The notes under the pieces were generated by a model, which had not been told where the DNA came from, did not search any database, and saw only the letters and a list, made by a program, of their open reading frames with translations. DNA of 62,778 nucleotides from an uncultured Bacilli bacterium (lineage in GTDB: Bacteria; Bacillota_I; Bacilli_A; RF39; UBA660), in assembly GCA_947628745.1 (NCBI GenBank), contig CANRBB010000001.1, forward strand, positions 1 to 62,778, written 5' to 3'. Of this stretch, positions 20,911 to 29,782 are shown one piece after another. Numbering within the stretch: position 1 is the stretch's first letter; every line of letters begins with the position of its first letter. The position numbers and the translations under genes are program-made.

Positions 20911-22188
20911 CTAAACGTTTAAGTCTGTCAAACAAAATATGGCATAGATGGGTATGTATCTTGTGTCTTTACGCGTTGAAAAATTATTTTCTGTAATGCG
21001 ATAAGCTTCTATTACTGTGTATTTTTTCATGAATACTGATAGAGACTTTGCTTTGGAGTTAGATATCGTTGCTAACTCAATGGGAATGATTTTACCCATT
21101 CTATTTTGGATAACAAAATTGACTTCTGCCTTACCTTCAGATTGATAGTAAAAGAGTGGATAATTTGCCTGAGCGATAGTTGTAGCTATATGGTTTTCAT
21201 AGAGTGTTTCCTTCATTTTCTCATTAGTTAATAGCTCCTTAGCATTAAGATGAAGCATACTAAATAATAGTCCTACATCATTTAAATATAATTTAAAGCT
21301 GTCCACTTCACGGCAAGAGCTAAGTGGTGATTTAACACTTGTAATTTTGTAACTTCGATAGACAATTTGATTATTTACTAAATAGTTAATGGCGTTATCA
21401 TATTCTTTCTTACGTCGTCCAAAGCCTAACAGACCATATTGAAATTTTTTGTTTTCTTTTTTTAATTGATAAGGAATAGAATTAAGAACAGCAGTGGAAC
21501 GTTCTATATCAATCAAATTTTTATTTTTGCCTAACTCACTTTTGTAGCAGTCTAATATTTTTTGCTTTATGGTATCTATTTTATAGTTGGAATAACCATT
21601 GATGCTAGCCATCACAACTTCAGGAAAGCCACCTGTTACAAGATATTCGTGAAAGTGATCTAAAGCTAAGCGATGGAATGCACAATTTTTTCTTTTGGTG
21701 AATGATTCTCGTATAAGGTTGGCTAGGTCTTTTTCGTTATGAGCCCATAAATATTCTTCGAAGTCAAGACAGTTCATGCCTTTAAATTGTAATTCTTCTC
21801 CTTTATATTTAGTAATATTTTCTTTGTGGGACGTTATCATAATGATATGGTATTTGCTTAACTCACTACCAAATAATTTTATGGTTTTAACCATTTCAAC
21901 ATTATCTATATTGTCTAATATTATTAAGGTGTCATCCTTAAGAATCGTTTCTCCTGATAATAGTGACATAGTTAAAATAATTCTTTCTGTGGATTTTTCT
22001 TTGGTAAGCAGTTCTTCTAATTGTTTATTATTATCAGCATTAAAATAGATAACGTTTTTATACTCTTTTTCTCCAAATTCTAAGACAGTAAAAGTCTTCC
22101 CCACTTGCTTAGGTCCGTATATTAAGAGGGGCTTTCGAACAAGATCATTCTTCCATTTTTGGAGAAAATAATTGATTTTTCGTTCCAT
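20911..22188 (-). CDS. AAA-family ATPase with DUF4143-type C-terminal half
   Basis: N-terminal LLIYGPKQVGKT P-loop. The 425 aa architecture is typical of AAA_14 + DUF4143 proteins. Only 9 nt from the gpmI start. Confidence 0.7.
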   Translation of the reverse strand: MERKINYFLQKWKNDLVRKPLLIYGPKQVGKTFTVLEFGEKEYKNVIYFNADNNKQLEELLTKEKSTERIILTMSLLSGETILKDDTLIILDNIDNVEMVKTIKLFGSELSKYHIIMITSHKENITKYKGEELQFKGMNCLDFEEYLWAHNEKDLANLIRESFTKRKNCAFHRLALDHFHEYLVTGGFPEVVMASINGYSNYKIDTIKQKILDCYKSELGKNKNLIDIERSTAVLNSIPYQLKKENKKFQYGLLGFGRRKKEYDNAINYLVNNQIVYRSYKITSVKSPLSSCREVDSFKLYLNDVGLLFSMLHLNAKELLTNEKMKETLYENHIATTIAQANYPLFYYQSEGKAEVNFVIQNRMGKIIPIELATISNSKAKSLSVFMKKYTVIEAYRITENNFSTRKDTRYIPIYAIFCLTDLNV

Positions 22189-22252
22189 ATTTTGTATCCT
22201 CCATACACATTTTATAAATTAAGTATATATATTTATGGGCGCATAGTCAAGT

Positions 22253-22294
22253 GTTTCTCTTTTTGAATTTCGAGTTTCTCTTTTTGAATTTCGA
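22253..22294. repeat. Perfect tandem duplication, 21 bp x2 (GTTTCTCTTTTTGAATTTCGA)
   Basis: Verified base by base; 65-106 bp upstream of the AAA ATPase start. Confidence 0.95.
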
Positions 22295-22356
22295 GGTGTT
22301 TATTCTGTTTTAATTTTGATTCATCCTTTTGACTGCAATTTGTTTCGCAAGTCCAC

Positions 22357-22442
22357 AAAATTAGTTAATAGGCGCTATCGAAATTAATAAAATAAATTAT
22401 TTGACAGCAATATCATTTTTGTAGTTCTATATCAGTAATTCT
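22357..22442 (+). repeat. Conserved bipartite intergenic element, copy B (diverged box 1)
   Basis: aaaattagttaataggcgctatcgaaattaat, then tatcatttttgtagttctatatcagtaattct. Confidence 0.5.
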
Positions 22443-22454
22443 ATAAAATATTAC

Positions 22455-22482
22455 TAAATAAAAAAAGACATATTTGCCTTTT
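22455..22482 (-). terminator. Possible terminator of spo0A
   Basis: Minus strand AAAGGCA-aata-TGTCTTT (one G-U pair) followed by TTTTATTT. Starts right at the stop codon. Confidence 0.35.
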
Positions 22483-23259
22483 TTAAATAACAGTAGCAGT
22501 TTCATGAAACTCTAGTCGTAGTTTATCAGCTACTGTTACAATAAATTCAGAGTTGGTCGGTTTAGCTTTGTCAATATCTACGCTATGCCCAAATATTTCT
22601 TCCATTAAGTCCCAACTGCCTCTATTCCAACTTACTTCAATAGCGTGTCTAATGGCCCTTTCAACTCTTGATACGGTAGTATCATACTTCTTGGCAATAT
22701 CTGGATACAACTCTTTAGTAATGCCTCCAACAATACCAGGTCTATCGTATATCATGATGATACCATCTCGAATATATTGATATCCTTTAATATGCGAAGG
22801 TACTCCTAATTCATGCAATATTTTAGTAATAGATTTTTCTAAATTATTATGATATAAGTCAATGGATTTACCATTATATTTACCTTGCCCTACAACATTT
22901 TCTATTGTTTTTTCTAGTTCCTTTAATTCAAAAGGTTTAAGTATAAAGTAGCTGATGCCCATTTCAGAAGTCTCTCTAATAATATCTGGACTATTATAAG
23001 ATGTTAAGATAATAACTTTCTTGTCAATCTGTTTATCTTTCATTTTTTCTAAAACAGCTTTACCGTCTTGTTTTGGCATAACTAAGTCGAGTAAAATCAA
23101 ATCATAGTCGTCTCTTCTTTTGTCGATAAGATTAAATCCTTCTTCTCCATTGTGTGCTTCTAAAACAATATTTATATCTTTATCTTTATTAAAATACTGC
23201 TTAACCATTTTTACTAATTCAACGTTATCGTCTATCATTAGTACGCGAGTTTTTCCCAT
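22483..23259 (-). CDS. spo0A: Sporulation master regulator Spo0A
   Basis: REC domain ([19 protein letters not shown]) plus the Spo0A-specific C-terminal signature [22 protein letters not shown]. Confidence 0.93.
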   Translation of the reverse strand: MGKTRVLMIDDNVELVKMVKQYFNKDKDINIVLEAHNGEEGFNLIDKRRDDYDLILLDLVMPKQDGKAVLEKMKDKQIDKKVIILTSYNSPDIIRETSEMGISYFILKPFELKELEKTIENVVGQGKYNGKSIDLYHNNLEKSITKILHELGVPSHIKGYQYIRDGIIMIYDRPGIVGGITKELYPDIAKKYDTTVSRVERAIRHAIEVSWNRGSWDLMEEIFGHSVDIDKAKPTNSEFIVTVADKLRLEFHETATVI

Positions 23260-23342
23260 TTTATCTCCTTTCCTATACTACTACGCTTTTTCATTATATA
23301 ACATTTTTTTCACTTTTTGTAGGGACTAAAAATGACAAGTTT

Positions 23343-23349
23343 TGTCGAA
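23343..23349. promoter_or_regulatory. Perfect 0A-box heptamer TGTCGAA, 84 bp upstream of spo0A
   Basis: Exact match to TGNCGAA. It also forms part of the small hairpin GACAA-aac-TTGTC plus T-run, which could simply be the tpiA terminator. Confidence 0.3.
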
Positions 23350-23374
23350 CAAGTAAAATACTGTAAAAAAGACC

Positions 23375-24088
23375 TTAGTCTAAGCTTTTTTGCGATAAAT
23401 TATTAATAATCTTGGTTAAAATTTCAGTATCATTTCCAGCTTTGCCTAGAAAAAGACCATCTAAGTTGGCAAGATTAGCAACCGGTAAATAATTGTCTAT
23501 ATTTAAACCACCACCATAAATACACTGGTTGTTTGGTAATACATTTTTAATTAAATTTATTTGAGACTGAATGTAGGCACAATCTGGAATAGTATTGGTT
23601 TCGACTGCCCAAACAGGCTCATAGGCGATAATTACTTTTTCTTTTTCCTCTGGTCTAAGGTTTATTAAAGCTTCTTTTATTTGAGTAGTAATAACATCCG
23701 TTGTAAGTTTGTTTTCATATTCATTTTGATTTTCTCCAATGCAGAGTATGGGAATAATATCTTGAGCTAAGAGATTCAAAATTTTTTTATTGATAATTAA
23801 AGAATCCTCGTGGTTTATTTTTCTTCTTTCACAGTGACCTACAATGGCATATGAGACATCTAGTGATTTTAATTGGCGAGCTGTTATTTCTCCTGTAACA
23901 GTAAAATTATCATAGGCGCTTACATCTTGACTACCTATAAAAAAATTATGATTATGTCTTATAGATAAATAGGGATAACTTGGGCATAATATTAAAGTAT
24001 GATTAGTATTTAGGGTAGATAAATTTTCTAAATATTTTGTGTAATCTTCATATAAAAAGGTATTCTTATTGTTTAATATTATTATCAT
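23375..24088 (-). CDS. tpiA: Triosephosphate isomerase (divergent)
   Basis: LNNKN (Asn/Lys), GHCERR, AYEPVWAV catalytic Glu, YGGG. Loop 6 reads AVETN rather than AIGTG. Confidence 0.8.
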   Translation of the reverse strand: MIIILNNKNTFLYEDYTKYLENLSTLNTNHTLILCPSYPYLSIRHNHNFFIGSQDVSAYDNFTVTGEITARQLKSLDVSYAIVGHCERRKINHEDSLIINKKILNLLAQDIIPILCIGENQNEYENKLTTDVITTQIKEALINLRPEEKEKVIIAYEPVWAVETNTIPDCAYIQSQINLIKNVLPNNQCIYGGGLNIDNYLPVANLANLDGLFLGKAGNDTEILTKIINNLSQKSLD

Positions 24089-24104
24089 TTATTGTCTCCT
24101 TATT

Positions 24105-25328
24105 TTATTCTTTCCTTATTTTGTCATATAACCTGTTAAAAATATTTTTAGAAGCATTTTTTTCATATATTGCCCTTCGATAAACATCTAATACTGCTTC
24201 TCCAAAATACTTAGTGCTAAACTTCTGAGTAGATATTTTAGCTTGTCTGCTGAGATATTGTCTTTCTTTATTATTATGGTATAATTCTTGAATTATATTT
24301 ATGAGATCTTCTTCTGTTTCAAAAATGCGCCCATTTAGGCCATCGATAACGGTTTGCGAAAAGGCATCATCATTAATACAAAGGGGTACAACACTGGCAG
24401 ACATGGCTTCAATAACGGTTAAGCCTTGAGTTTCACTTTTTGAGGCTGTAACATATAGATCAGCGCAATTATAAAAATAAGGCATTTCTTCCCATGAAAC
24501 TTTACCTGTAAAAATGGTATATTTATCTAAGCCAATGGCAGCAACATCTTGTTCATATTTTTGTCTTTCTGGTCCATCTCCAACTAGTAAAAGTTTGATA
24601 TTGGGATGTTTTTTAACAAGAGATTTATGAACATTAAAAATAAATTCTAAGTTTTTTTCACTTGCTAGTCTACCTACCCAAATAATAACAAAATCGTGTC
24701 TAGAAATATTAAATTGTTTATATAGTCGATTAAGCTTATGCTTATCAAGATTTTCTTTAAAAAAGCGTTCAATTTCAATACCAGTTGGGATAACATTAAT
24801 ATTTTTTTCAAACTTATATCTTTGCCTAAATAAATCATAAATTTTCTTAGTAGGAACAATTAATTCGGTTGCTGTAGTGTCACAGTAAAACTTAGTAAGA
24901 TATTCTACTACTTTATTACTAGCTTTTTTGACGTGTCCTTTTGTTAAATAATAAGTATAATCTTCATACCAAGTATGATAAGTGTGTACTAAAGGAATAT
25001 AAAATTGTTTGGCAAAAAGTCTAGCAAATGTTCCAACTCCAAATTCAGTATGAGAGTGAATGACGTCTAATTTCCAACTTTTTATTTGGTTTATGACTTT
25101 AATCGGATAGATACGACTGAGGCGATAATTATAGATACCAGTTGGAATACTAGGTATTCTTAAAACTTTGTGTTTTTCATCATAATCGAATTTAATCATA
25201 CTATCATTAGTTGTTACGAGATAGACTGTATGATTATGTTCTTCAAGAGATTTTTTTAGCATATAAACACTAGTTGATACGCCATTTATTTGGGGGAAGT
25301 ATGTATCTGTAAATATTCCTATTCTCAT
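24105..25328 (-). CDS. GT4-family glycosyltransferase, glycolipid (glucosyl-diacylglycerol) synthase-like
   Basis: N-terminus MRIGIFTDTYFPQINGVS and E-x7-E region SETQGLTVIEAMSAS. Resembles Acholeplasma/streptococcal DAG glucosyltransferases, judged from memory. Confidence 0.7.
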   Translation of the reverse strand: MRIGIFTDTYFPQINGVSTSVYMLKKSLEEHNHTVYLVTTNDSMIKFDYDEKHKVLRIPSIPTGIYNYRLSRIYPIKVINQIKSWKLDVIHSHTEFGVGTFARLFAKQFYIPLVHTYHTWYEDYTYYLTKGHVKKASNKVVEYLTKFYCDTTATELIVPTKKIYDLFRQRYKFEKNINVIPTGIEIERFFKENLDKHKLNRLYKQFNISRHDFVIIWVGRLASEKNLEFIFNVHKSLVKKHPNIKLLLVGDGPERQKYEQDVAAIGLDKYTIFTGKVSWEEMPYFYNCADLYVTASKSETQGLTVIEAMSASVVPLCINDDAFSQTVIDGLNGRIFETEEDLINIIQELYHNNKERQYLSRQAKISTQKFSTKYFGEAVLDVYRRAIYEKNASKNIFNRLYDKIRKE

Positions 25329-25834
25329 TGATTTATTCCTTTCTCTTTTGTGTACTCAAAATCTCGTTCAATTATTAATGGTAATACTTTTTCAATATTG
25401 TTTTCATCATATAATGTGGTATAGTCCAAGTCTTCAAATTCTTGTAAATTGCTTTGGGAGCCCGTAGGGATAAGAAAAATTATAGTTTCAATATTTGAAT
25501 TTTTAAAGATATAGTTTACAACTGCATTATTATCATTTTTAGTTCCACCCTGATAATATATATGAGCCGTTCTTAAATCTTTGGCATAGTCTATTAGATA
25601 GGCATTATGAATTTTTTCTTGTCTTGTTGTGTATAAGATGCTTTTACCAATAGGGCAAGTCATTTTTTCTAAGAGATATTCATTTTTACTATAATTGGTT
25701 CTAACTTTATTGAGAAGGCTACTATAATTAGTTTTATGTAAATTATCATATTCAGTTATTAACTCTTGATCATATTGGTTATATGGATCTATTTCCTTAA
25801 TCGGAGATATTTTTACTTCTGGTAAGCTATTCAT
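25325..25834 (-). CDS. Hypothetical protein (169 aa), translationally coupled to the GT4 gene
   Basis: 4-nt overlap with the GT4 start; no motif recognised. Confidence 0.55.
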   Translation of the reverse strand: MNSLPEVKISPIKEIDPYNQYDQELITEYDNLHKTNYSSLLNKVRTNYSKNEYLLEKMTCPIGKSILYTTRQEKIHNAYLIDYAKDLRTAHIYYQGGTKNDNNAVVNYIFKNSNIETIIFLIPTGSQSNLQEFEDLDYTTLYDENNIEKVLPLIIERDFEYTKEKGINQ

Positions 25835-25843
25835 AAATTATTC

Positions 25844-27019
25844 CTAATTTAAGAGTTTTAGGGCCTCTAAATCTTTACCTTCTAAATATTCAAGAGTAGC
25901 TCCTCCACCGGTTGAAATGTGGTATATATTTTGGGCAAGGGATGGTTTGTTTTTAACAGCAGCGACGGTATCTCCACCACCTATAATAGTCTTTATATTA
26001 TGCTCAGCTAAGAAAGATAAAAGGCAATTAGTTCCCTCTTGAAAAGGCTTATATTCATAAGCTCCCATAGGACCATTCCAAACTACGGTTTTGGCAGAGG
26101 CTAAATATTGGCTAAATAAATTAATTGTTTGAGGTCCGATATCTAGACCCATCTCGTCTGATGCGATTTCACCTAAGCCTTTGATAGTAACACTATTATC
26201 GTTTGAAATAGTAGGTGCGCAAATAAAGTCAACTGGTAATATAATTTTATCACTATATTGATTTAAAATATCTTTACAATATTCCAAATGACTTTCATCA
26301 ACAAGAGAGTTACCTACTTCATATGATTTAGCTTTCAAAAACGTAAAAGCCATACCACCACCGATTAAAATATAGTCAGCCTTAGTAATTAAATTGTTAA
26401 TAACACCTATTTTATCACTTACTTTGGCCCCTCCTAAGATGACTAAGTAAGGGTGCTGTGGTTTATCTAGAGAGCTTAGGGCATTTATTTCTTTTTCTAC
26501 AAGGAAACCAGCTGCACTTTCTAAGTTGGTTTCAATTCCTACATTAGAGGCATGAGAACGGTGAATTGTACCGAAGGCATCATTAATAAAGACATCGCCG
26601 AGACTGGCCCAATATTTGCCTAATTCTTGGTCATTACTGCTTTCCTTATTGCCTTTTAAATCTTCATAGCGAGTGTTTTGGAGAAGAACAATATCCTTTA
26701 CCTTCATATTGTGAACAAAATTTTCTACAATAGGTCCTCTCGTGGCGTTTAGAAAGTGAACTTTAGTGTGGAGCATTTTTTCTAATACGGGGGCTACGAT
26801 TGCTAAATCGTTGAGAGCTAAATCTTGTTCAGTTTTTATTCTTCCTAAATGTGATAAAAGAATAATTTTAGAATCTTGTGCTAGAGCATACTCTATTGTT
26901 TTTAAACTTTCTTTAATTCTTGTATCATCTAAAATTTTGCCATTTTTAATTGGTACATTAAAATCGCATCTAATTATTACTGTTTTATTTTTTATATCTA
27001 AATCTTTTATGGTTTTCAA
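25844..27019 (-). CDS. pgk: Phosphoglycerate kinase (TTG start)
   Basis: PGK sequence. The N-terminal 36 codons in the track are not PGK-like. TTG at 27019 follows AGGAGAG by 6 nt and gives (M)KTIKDLDIKNK, 391 aa. Confidence 0.9.
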   Translation of the reverse strand: MKTIKDLDIKNKTVIIRCDFNVPIKNGKILDDTRIKESLKTIEYALAQDSKIILLSHLGRIKTEQDLALNDLAIVAPVLEKMLHTKVHFLNATRGPIVENFVHNMKVKDIVLLQNTRYEDLKGNKESSNDQELGKYWASLGDVFINDAFGTIHRSHASNVGIETNLESAAGFLVEKEINALSSLDKPQHPYLVILGGAKVSDKIGVINNLITKADYILIGGGMAFTFLKAKSYEVGNSLVDESHLEYCKDILNQYSDKIILPVDFICAPTISNDNSVTIKGLGEIASDEMGLDIGPQTINLFSQYLASAKTVVWNGPMGAYEYKPFQEGTNCLLSFLAEHNIKTIIGGGDTVAAVKNKPSLAQNIYHISTGGGATLEYLEGKDLEALKLLN

Positions 27020-27052
27020 TTCTATCTCTCCTATATGTTTAGTATAACATTT

Positions 27053-27073
27053 TTTCCACAATAATTGTGGAAA
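27053..27073. repeat. Perfect palindrome TTTCCACAAT-A-ATTGTGGAAA (CCACA-N5-TGTGG family) over the pgk promoter region
   Basis: 10-bp arms read directly; 34-54 bp upstream of the pgk TTG. Adjacent TGTTATACT is an extended -10 on the minus strand. Confidence 0.6.
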
Positions 27074-27159
27074 TTTTTGTATCTTGAGGGAAAAGGCGTA
27101 AAATAAAGGCATGTTTAGGCACACCAAGTCTTATGATTTCAGGGCTTTTTATTTTTTGA

Positions 27160-27204
27160 ATAAATTAAAAAAGAACTGAATAGAAATTATTAATTTCCAC
27201 TCAG
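27160..27204 (-). terminator. Rho-independent terminator after gap
   Basis: Minus strand CTGAGTGGAAATT-AAT-AATTTCTATTCAG (13 bp, two G-U pairs) followed by TTCTTTTTT. Confidence 0.6.
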
Positions 27205-27218
27205 ACCCCTTAATTATT

Positions 27219-28220
27219 TTATTTAAGTAAATATTTAGCTGTTCTTACCATTTGGGTTGAATAACCCATCTCATTATCATACCAGGCAACAACCTTAACA
27301 AGTTGTTTACCATCGACTTCATTGATACTGGTTAGAAGACCATCTACTAAAGCACCTAGGCTACTGCCGATTATATCACTTGAGACAATGGGATCTTCAG
27401 TATAACCTAGTGTCTCATTGGCATTCTGTTTTAGAACTGTGTTTATTTCATCAACAGTAGTATTTCTTTTAAGTTCAAGAACTAAATCAATGACAGAGCC
27501 ATCCATTACTGGTACACGCATGGCACTACCTTGCATTTTACCATCTAAGTTTGGCAAGACTTTACCTATGGCACTAGCGGCTCCAGTTGAGGCAGGAATA
27601 ATATTGCCTGCTGCTGCTCGACCACGTCTTGCTCTAATACCTTTTTTATGTGCAATATCGAGAGTTGTTTGATCATTAGTGTAGGCATGTATAGTTGTCA
27701 TATATCCTTTTTCAATGCCAAATTCTTTATCCAAAACCGCAAGAACTGGAGCAAGACAGTTAGTAGTACAACTAGCTGCTGAAATAATTTGCTCATCTTT
27801 AGTTAAAATCTCATGATTAGCATTGTAAACAATAGTTTTAAGATCACCCGTCGCAGGTGCAGAAATAATTACCTTTTTAGCACCACTTTTAATATGAGCC
27901 ATGGCCTTATCTTTATCAGTAAAGTGACCTGTACACTCAAAAACAACATCAATATCTAAATCCTTCCAAGGAAGTTCTTCAGGATTAGGGCTCGCAAATA
28001 CTTTTATTTTCCTATTTCCAACAATGATATTATCATCTTCAAAACTAATGTCGTCAACGCGATAGTTTCTATGATTGCTGTCATACTTTAGTAAATAAGC
28101 CAATTGTTCAGCATCTGTTAAATCATTAATCGCAACAACTTCTAAGTCTTCATCTTCTTCCATAAGACGGAAAACAAGTCTGCCAATACGTCCAAAACCG
28201 TTAATGGCTACTCTTATCAT
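27219..28220 (-). CDS. gap: Glyceraldehyde-3-phosphate dehydrogenase
   Basis: NGFGRIGR and ASCTTNCLAP motifs. Start at MIRVAING (28220), 8 nt after AGGAGA. Confidence 0.95.
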   Translation of the reverse strand: MIRVAINGFGRIGRLVFRLMEEDEDLEVVAINDLTDAEQLAYLLKYDSNHRNYRVDDISFEDDNIIVGNRKIKVFASPNPEELPWKDLDIDVVFECTGHFTDKDKAMAHIKSGAKKVIISAPATGDLKTIVYNANHEILTKDEQIISAASCTTNCLAPVLAVLDKEFGIEKGYMTTIHAYTNDQTTLDIAHKKGIRARRGRAAAGNIIPASTGAASAIGKVLPNLDGKMQGSAMRVPVMDGSVIDLVLELKRNTTVDEINTVLKQNANETLGYTEDPIVSSDIIGSSLGALVDGLLTSINEVDGKQLVKVVAWYDNEMGYSTQMVRTAKYLLK

Positions 28221-28395
28221 ATTTATCATCTCCTATTTAAGGATATAATAAAAATCATTTTTAGTCTAGATTTTTTTACTTGGGTTGAGTCATTTTCACG
28301 TATTTTTTACATGATGTAGAATAAAAAGTTAAATTCTTGATATAAAGGAATAGGAGAATCTAATTTTTCATTCACCGTTTTTTACATAATTCATG

Positions 28396-28469
28396 AAATT
28401 TAGTAATAACTATCAGTTAAATATGTTGTTTAGTATCAATTGCTTTTTTATTAGGCTATCAATAATTAT
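28396..28469 (+). repeat. Conserved bipartite intergenic element, copy C
   Basis: aaatttagtaataactatcagttaaatatg, then caattgcttttttattaggctatcaataattat. Confidence 0.6.
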
Positions 28470-28502
28470 ATGATATTTTGTCGAGCTCAGCTTTTTATAA
28501 AA

Positions 28503-28527
28503 TAAAAAGTCCACAGTATTTGTGAAC
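28503..28527 (-). terminator. Terminator of the 353-aa gene; its stem belongs to the CCACA-N5-TGTGG family
   Basis: Minus strand GTTCACA-aatac-TGTGGAC followed by TTTTTATT. Confidence 0.5.
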
Positions 28528-28532
28528 TAAAC

Positions 28533-29594
28533 TTATTTAGATAATTTTTTAATTTTATCTACTACTTCATGATTAGAGCTCTTATTTTTTATAGCCCATG
28601 AATCATTTGAATCACTACGATTATATAATTTATAATCACTTAGAATACTTTTCTTATAATGGTTAATAGCTTTTACTGCCTCTTTTTTATACTTTTTGAA
28701 GTCGTCATTTGTCATTTGATCGGCAGTTTCTTCAAAATATTCGCAGTAATCTAGAACGTCTTTAATATCTTTATCTTTTATATTTACTATAAAATGTTGT
28801 CCTGTTTGTTGAGCTGTATATTTAACAGCATAACTATCGCCCTCACCATTAGTAATGCTTAAATTTTTATATTCCTCAGGATCTAAGTGTGTTGCATCAA
28901 TTATTTTACTTTGAATAATTAATTGTCCATAAGTTTTTAAAGTCTCATTTCCTTCTGAAATAATCTGACTATTGATTATATCCTCAGCATATTCCAAATC
29001 CATAGCCAATCTATTGTATTCGATAGCTTCTTCACTAAAATCTTTGTAATTTACATCAGTTTCTTTAAATTCTTTTATCTTTTTTCTTAGTGTATTAAGG
29101 CTAGTATTTTCTACCTCTAATTTTTCCTCAGCACTAAGTTCTCTTAATCCTTCATCATAATCAATAATTTTATGTAATTTTAAATCCTCTAAATCATTTG
29201 ATATAGCTATCATGTTTTCAATAGTATCTAGTCTTGATATAATTTCAAAATCGTTAAATAAAGAATTTACTTTAGCTTCTTCGATAGTAGTTTTTTCTTC
29301 ATATATGCCTATTTCACTACTATATAATGCTAAAACATCATCAATAGATTGTTCTTCATTAACGCTTGCAATCACAGATTTTGTAGATACATCGCTAATA
29401 ATAGCTTTTTCTCTACTTTTTATTAAAGTATAACCTGCTCCTATACAAGCTAAGGCTGTTGCTGTGGCAACTATTTTTAAACTCTTTTTCTTTTTTTTCG
29501 GTGCGGCGGTTTTAACAGAAGCCTCTTCATTTATTTTTTCTATATCTTTGTTTGGCTTGAATTCAAATGGTTTTTCCCATGTATTATTATTCAC
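28533..29594 (-). CDS. Hypothetical membrane-anchored protein (single N-terminal TM, acidic/coiled extracytoplasmic part)
   Basis: KKKKKSLKIVATATALACIGAGYTLI anchor; no catalytic motif recognised. Confidence 0.6.
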   Translation of the reverse strand: MNNNTWEKPFEFKPNKDIEKINEEASVKTAAPKKKKKSLKIVATATALACIGAGYTLIKSREKAIISDVSTKSVIASVNEEQSIDDVLALYSSEIGIYEEKTTIEEAKVNSLFNDFEIISRLDTIENMIAISNDLEDLKLHKIIDYDEGLRELSAEEKLEVENTSLNTLRKKIKEFKETDVNYKDFSEEAIEYNRLAMDLEYAEDIINSQIISEGNETLKTYGQLIIQSKIIDATHLDPEEYKNLSITNGEGDSYAVKYTAQQTGQHFIVNIKDKDIKDVLDYCEYFEETADQMTNDDFKKYKKEAVKAINHYKKSILSDYKLYNRSDSNDSWAIKNKSSNHEVVDKIKKLSK

Positions 29595-29726
29595 TTTAAT
29601 CTATCCCCCTCATCAAAGTTATTAAATTATATCACTATTTTATGAATATGTCAAGGAAATAATAACTTTATGTGGGAATTGTATGATTAATTTATGATAA
29701 TGTCTTAAGTGTTAACTTTTGAAAAT

Positions 29727-29756
29727 GTCTCAAAAGTAATAGTCTCAAAAGTAATA
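29727..29756. repeat. Perfect tandem duplication, 15 bp x2 (GTCTCAAAAGTAATA)
   Basis: Verified base by base; 27 bp upstream of the transposase-fragment ORF. Confidence 0.9.
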
Positions 29757-29782
29757 TATAATATGTTACTTGAGGTGACAAA

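Noticed and set aside
27020-27127. N-terminal extensions in the ORF track for pgk (27020-27127), uvrB (42873-42959), adk (7398-7436), truA (911-937) and the small TPR gene (47170-47208).
   Set aside because: The extensions are not homologous to the protein families and overlap upstream genes or palindromes. Internal starts have proper Shine-Dalgarno sequences.
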